Assembly: GCA_010093995.1 (NCBI GenBank)
Contig: ML992501.1
Span: 2,809,194 to 2,873,193, forward strand
Direction of reading: 5' to 3'
From: Elsinoe ampelina
Lineage: Eukaryota
DNA: 64,000 bases
How positions within the stretch are numbered: position 1 is the first letter of the stretch; every line of letters starts with the position of its first letter. Both the position numbers and the translations under genes were made by a program. The notes beneath the pieces are model-generated. The model made no database searches, was not told the DNA's origin, and saw nothing but the letters and a program-made list of their open reading frames with translations. Shown here one piece after another: positions 58,774-64,000 of the stretch.

Positions 58774-61666
58774 ATTGGGTATTGAAGGAGAGTGCAGTTG
58801 AACGAGATATTCCAAAGCTTCGAAGGACCGCATTCTAGAAGAACCTTGCATTCAAGGAGACTTTTGCATAAGTGCGGCGGAGACGAAGTCAAAGAAGCGG
58901 ACAGAGCCGCATTTTGACAGGAAAGAACAAAGAATGAGATAGATCGCCAACAAACGCAAGTAAGGATATTTTGAGAAATGTGATGATTTACCAATTAGAA
59001 ATTAGGTAGATACGAGGTCGATGAATGTAGCGAGGGGTAGTGGAAGCCGCGTGTCGTTCGAGGGGCTGGATCGTGCTTTCGAAGGGGATGCCGCAAAGCG
59101 AAGCAGTTGCGATTTTAGGTTGTTAGGTGCCGAAACTCCTTTGCAGATGAGTTGAATGAACGAAAACTAGGAGATGGTCCGCAGACCTGTGGAGAATGGA
59201 TAATGGAGGCTGAAGATGTGGCGGATACTGGGAGACTTCTATACACGTCGAGTGCGACATCCAGACGCGCTTTCAAGTCCCGTCACCCACGGTGAACCGT
59301 CGTCCAAGACTGAATGCATCCCGCATCAAGAGCACTTGCTCCGGATGCATGCGAGACACATCGTTGGTCGGAGGAGCTATACTTGGAGAGTCAAAGTGGG
59401 CGTTGCTCAACGGCGAGATCCAAAAGCGAACGCGGCGCGTATCGACAAGGTTTGAGGCCGTTGGAGCACATGTTTGCGCGCCGCGGAGAAGTCGCTTGTA
59501 TTGTACTGGAAAGAGCAGCTGCTCAAGCCGTGACGGTATAGATGCGTTCGACACTTGGCAATAGAGGGTGGAGGTAGGCTGATTTGAGATGGAGGAGATG
59601 CGGCGATTGCGACCTGCATGTCCAGCTACAGTCAAAAGAGAATGTGCGAGGTCTATTGACCTTGTTCATGCAGGCGTCACCTGACAGCTCCGTGGGTAGA
59701 CTTAGGTTGCTGTTGGATATCCTCACCTTCTCTTTTTGCTTCTTCTGCGTTGTGCATCTCAGACATTTGACCGGGCTGAGAACTTGCTGAACGTGCTCTA
59801 GACGTGTCTTGATTAGAGTTGGTCAATCGTTGGCAACCGCCGCCAGCCTCCCTGCTTTGTGCTCCCGTAAATGTCTGAACAGGACACCAATTTTAGTCAT
59901 GAAATGGAGAGTACAACACGAAGGGATGTTTCAAGCAAGAATAGAAGCTGTTATTCGCCGTCGATCACCGGGGAATGTCATGTCGTGAGCTGCAGCCCGC
60001 CTTTCGGTGTCAAAGCAAGCCAAGCAAGATGGCGCATCTTGGAAGAAATGGTGCGCCTTTCTTTTGTTCCCATCGAAACGGTTCTCCTCTCCCACTTTTC
60101 TTGACCAAAATCAAGTGCGGATTTTATTGTCGTGCAAATGTCTCCCGCGCGGATCCTCACGGACGGCAGACAAGTCCATGTCGTGCTCGAAAAAGAGTGG
60201 AGCATCCTGAGCTCGTCATTTTCGGGATGGCTGCATGGTCCAAAAAACCACGACAACCAACAGCCACATTCCAAGATCATACTACATGCAATATACTCAT
60301 GGCCCTAGGTTTTGTTGCTGAGATGCAACACGTCACTTTTGACAACCAAACTCCAACTCGAGCGCCTTGAGGCCCCCTTCAAACGCCTCGGCTTCTTGGT
60401 GGACAGCCCGCTTCAGTACTGTATTGATGACAGGCTAAGTGGCGCCTGGCATCCTACAACTGTCGTGCATGACTCCGCTTTGTATGCACTATTCGAAGTA
60501 ATAATCCCTCACCTGCATGCCGTAAGTTACCTCTAATCGCGTGCTCGGTCGATCATTCTGGCAATCTTGTCCAAGCCGCGCCGCATGCTAAGGAAAGCAT
60601 ATAGCTAGTGCTGTCCAACCTCTATTCATCTTCACCTCTCTGCATTCAACCATCGAGCTCGACTGCACATACTATCTCGTCTTCTCACCTGTTCAACTGC
60701 GCGGCAACGGTTCGCCCGAACTCTCCCCGCCATGGACCTCACCCTCGTATACGCCCTCTCTCAACTCCTCTACCGCACCCTCATGACCCTGGAACAACAC
60801 CGTCTGCCTCAACTCCTACAAGAACTGCGAATACCGTTATCCAAAGGCGTTGGCATCGGGACGCGGACGCGATCCGGTAGTTTCCAACTGCTGTACAAAC
60901 GGCGGGCTGTAGCTACTTTGAGCTCATGACCTGATGGCCCACCAAAGACGACACGACTTACGAATACCATGACACACCTAGTATGAAAGGTTTATGATTA
61001 CGCCGCACTCCCTATCACCACCTACACAGCTTAAGCCCAATTCGGCACATGGCACATGTGGACTCCATCCAAACCACCACGACCCTCCGTGCTTCGATGT
61101 ATCTGCTCTATCGACACAAATCGATACCCCCCAACGCCCGTTCTCGACGCCACTACAGGCCCCACATCGCATCCGCCGACAATATCCCCACCGTCGCTTG
61201 GCACTCCTCGGGAGCACCTCCCCTCTTGCCGCGCACGTTACGGCTCGAAGGAATTTGTCGATAGAAGACGATAGGATATCTGTGCTTGCAAACAATAATG
61301 TCAATGTGCGGTATGAGGTAACGGGTCGCCAGCCGATATGGAGGGTCCATGGCGTTCGAGGTGTTGATAGTTTGGGTCCTACCGGTGGAGGACGGGGTGT
61401 GATGGTTATATTTGGCATATACGAGGACGGATGGGTGGTATTGACTTGGCTGAGTCTTGGTCCGAGAAGGGTGAGAGTGATGGCTGGGTCGTGGATGATC
61501 GATCAGCAATACACGGGATGAAGATGTTGGTCCGTCCTGGTAGACCATCGGAGCCTGCACCATGGACATACGACTCGTTGGTGTTCGCTATCCGGCTCCA
61601 GGTAGTCTCTTCGTCCAGTACAACCCCTCCCCCTCGACCATAGCTTCGTCTGCCTCCATAGTGACC

Positions 61667-62708
61667 TCACCTCTCCAGCGAAGAGAAATCAAAGTCCCCA
61701 AAGTACACACAAAGCGCCTACACATGTCAGCCTCCGTCCCCTCCCCATCCCATGCTCGAAAACATACCTTACTAGCCCCATGCATACAATAATGCACCAC
61801 CCTCACCTTGCCAATCCCCACCCCCTCCCCGCCTTCCTCCCTCTTCACCCTCTCCCACCACCTCGCAACCTCATTCAAATCACTCGTCCTCGGCAAAAAC
61901 AACACCACCCTGCCCCCGCTCCCCCTCAACCCCACCAACTCCCCCAACCCATACGGCTCCATCCTCTCCACCCCAAACACCTCCTTCCCGGTATACCCCG
62001 GCCCACCCCACGGCGGACTCCCAAACAACACGGCCCCCTCCCTGACCACGGCCTTGAGCCGCTTCCTGAGAACGTCGAAGCAATCCCCCTCGATGAACCA
62101 AATCCGCTTCTCGACGCCGTAGACGCGCGCGTTGTGTCTGGCCGTCGCCAGGACGGCGGGGGAGCGTTCGATGGCGAAGATGCGGGTCCAGCGGTTGGTG
62201 AGGGCGAAGGCGATGGCGTTGCCGCCGGCGCCGGCGAAGAGGTCGACGAGGGTCGTGATGGGGGCCGGGGTGGAGAGGGAGAGGTGCGTGGCGATTTTAC
62301 TTTTTTGGGGAGTATTTGTCAGGGAAATAGAGGTGTGATGCATAGCGAGTGGGACTTACTTTGCTACTGGCTCGGGAGTCACGCCGTACCATGATTCGTC
62401 GGTCAGCTGGATGCCTTCGTCCCAGCGGCTGAAGATGTCGTAGCGTTGGTGCCAGTATCTGTCCCGTCAGCGGGAGCGGAGGTGAGCTCGGTGGCAACTC
62501 ACTTGCGGATCTCCTGCGGCATGTCCTCTGCCGATTCGTAATGGTGGACATTTTTGGGGGCAGATTCTTCTTTGCTGTCAACCTTTTCGGGCTCACTTGA
62601 GCCGTTGAGGCTGCTGCGTGTTGTCACCATTTGAGTGTCATTTGATTTCTCAGCAGGGATAATGTCGGGTTCTGAAGCGGAAGCGATGTTGCTCACGCTA
62701 TTCAGCAT
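61667..62708 (-). CDS. TGS1: Trimethylguanosine synthase (exons 62708-62503, 62458-62360, 62299-61768, ~61717-61667)
   Basis: [68 protein letters not shown]; spliced end SK|ALCVYFG. Confidence 0.93.
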
Positions 62709-63064
62709 AACGGAGGAGCGTCACAAAATTTCCGAATCGGGACTTCCGCGGCGGTGGTGCGGAGCATGAGAGACAGGAGTTCAGGAGAAGCGAGAGTAAC
62801 GGAACTCACTTGCGACGATCAATTTTCACATGTCAGGAGGGTTCAAAAAAGCATTGTAATGTGTGCATGTATTATTACGAGCGAGCAGGCGCCTGCCGCT
62901 CAGCTCTCCGTGCTACCTAGTGTACAGGTGGCCCTCAATGACAACGCTAAGCGCTCGCTGAATGTCGCGCCGCTATTCAAGTGCGCCCCGGCCGTGAAAG
63001 ATGGACGTCATGACAGTCTCCGATGTGAAAGACTGGTGCATACTGTGTGACCCAGCACATATCC

Positions 63065-63642
63065 TTAGATACCCTTAATAGCAACTGTCCTCTCCTTCTC
63101 GAGGCGTTCCCTGTTCCTGCGCTTCTCTTCTTCCTTGCAATTCGCCAGCCCGGCGCAGGCATGACTCTCCAACATACGGTGCTTGCCGCAGTAATGGCCG
63201 GAACAGAAGCCACAGTCGCCCACGATGGGTTGTGCACGATCTTTGCAATCCTTGAAGTTGCACTTGATCTTCTTCGGAGCACCACCGCGGAGAGGGAAGG
63301 CGAGGTGGATGGTAGACTCGGAGGCGATAGAGTAGTCTGAGAGTGTCGAGTTATGTTGTGAGAGATGCTTGCCGGCGTGGACGAGGCGAAGATCTGTGGC
63401 TGGGAGGTTGGTACGAAGGGCGAGAAGGGAGGAGAGTGTTGAGATTGTGGTTGATTCTGGGACAGACAGAGCGAATGCTGGAGACTGTTAGTACTTGATA
63501 GCCATTCATGAGAGGCTATGCACTTACTGTCGCCTGCTACGTTCTTGACAAAGATCTGCATGGTTGGCTCTGGCTCGACGGACGATGAGCGAGAAGAGAC
63601 GGGCGAAAGCATCGGGAGGGAGGTGACGGAGTTGGAACGCAT
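63065..63642 (-). CDS. Ubiquitin-like domain plus AN1-type zinc finger protein (intron ~63527-63478; start at 63642 or 63561)
   Basis: Spliced translation MQIFVKNVAGDTF..LRLVHAGKHL..TLSDYSI..ESTIHLAFPLRGG-APKKIKCNFKDC..VGDCGFCSGHYCGKHRMLESHAC. Confidence 0.88.
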
Positions 63643-64000
63643 CGTGATAAGTGCAGAAGTGATTTTGGTCGATGTGAAAGTGATTCAAGAGTCTGGGTCT
63701 AGATTGGCAGCTGATCGCGTGGTATGCAGATGACTAAAGCCGAAGACGGAGACAGTTGGGGATGGCGTTGTGGACAGGTGATGGAACCGGCGATGACGCT
63801 GTGGCGGGTCGGGATGGTGCGAGAAGGTCGTGGATGGTGCTGTCTGTGACTCGAGTTGGTATGGTGGAAGTGGAAGAATGAAGAGTGTGTTGGGGGAGAA
63901 GGAGAGCAGGTTGGGAGGCTGAGGCAGTGAGAGTGTGAGACTGCTCGCCATGCCTGACTACGAATGCCCAGCGAAGCCCGGCCCTGAGGCGCTAAAGCCG

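Noticed and set aside
58800..61600. ORFs in the GH43-TGS1 gap (e.g. 60732-60929, 60994-61521)
   Set aside because: Short, mutually overlapping, with no homology recognisable by eye.
53840..62708. Functional clustering of RNA-processing genes (PRP38, TGS1)
   Set aside because: Unrelated genes lie between them; proximity is most simply chance.

Overview
Filamentous ascomycete (Pezizomycotina-like) nuclear DNA: short GT-AG introns with CTRAC/CTAAC branch points and a RIP-mutated repeat. Bases 1-3.4 kb are an AT-rich, RIP-destroyed Ty3/gypsy chromovirus (RT end, RNase H, integrase, chromodomain, PPT, probable LTR). Next come a 4-unit palindromic 74-75 bp repeat array and a BTB-like gene. A compact block of mostly conserved genes follows: intronless midasin MDN1, MRPL12, an MFS transporter, a CLC channel/transporter, PRO3, a cytochrome P450, CTK3, a PRCC-domain gene and SIN1/AVO1. 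From about 36.9 to 53.4 kb lies an accessory-looking island: two paralogous ~102-aa unknown proteins, a membrane protein, an unknown C-terminal-TM gene and its pseudogenised paralog bracketing an NB-ARC/TPR NLR-like gene, an isochorismatase-family hydrolase and an asaB-like oxygenase. Conserved-type genes then resume: PRP38, a GT8-like gene, a membrane-anchored GH43, TGS1 and a ubiquitin-like/AN1 zinc-finger gene. All gene models and motifs were read by eye and no database search was run. The most unusual signals are the palindromic array, the NLR island with duplicated flanking families, a recurring C-rich to G-rich skew flip at gene 3' ends, and a CLC with Gln at the proton-glutamate position.
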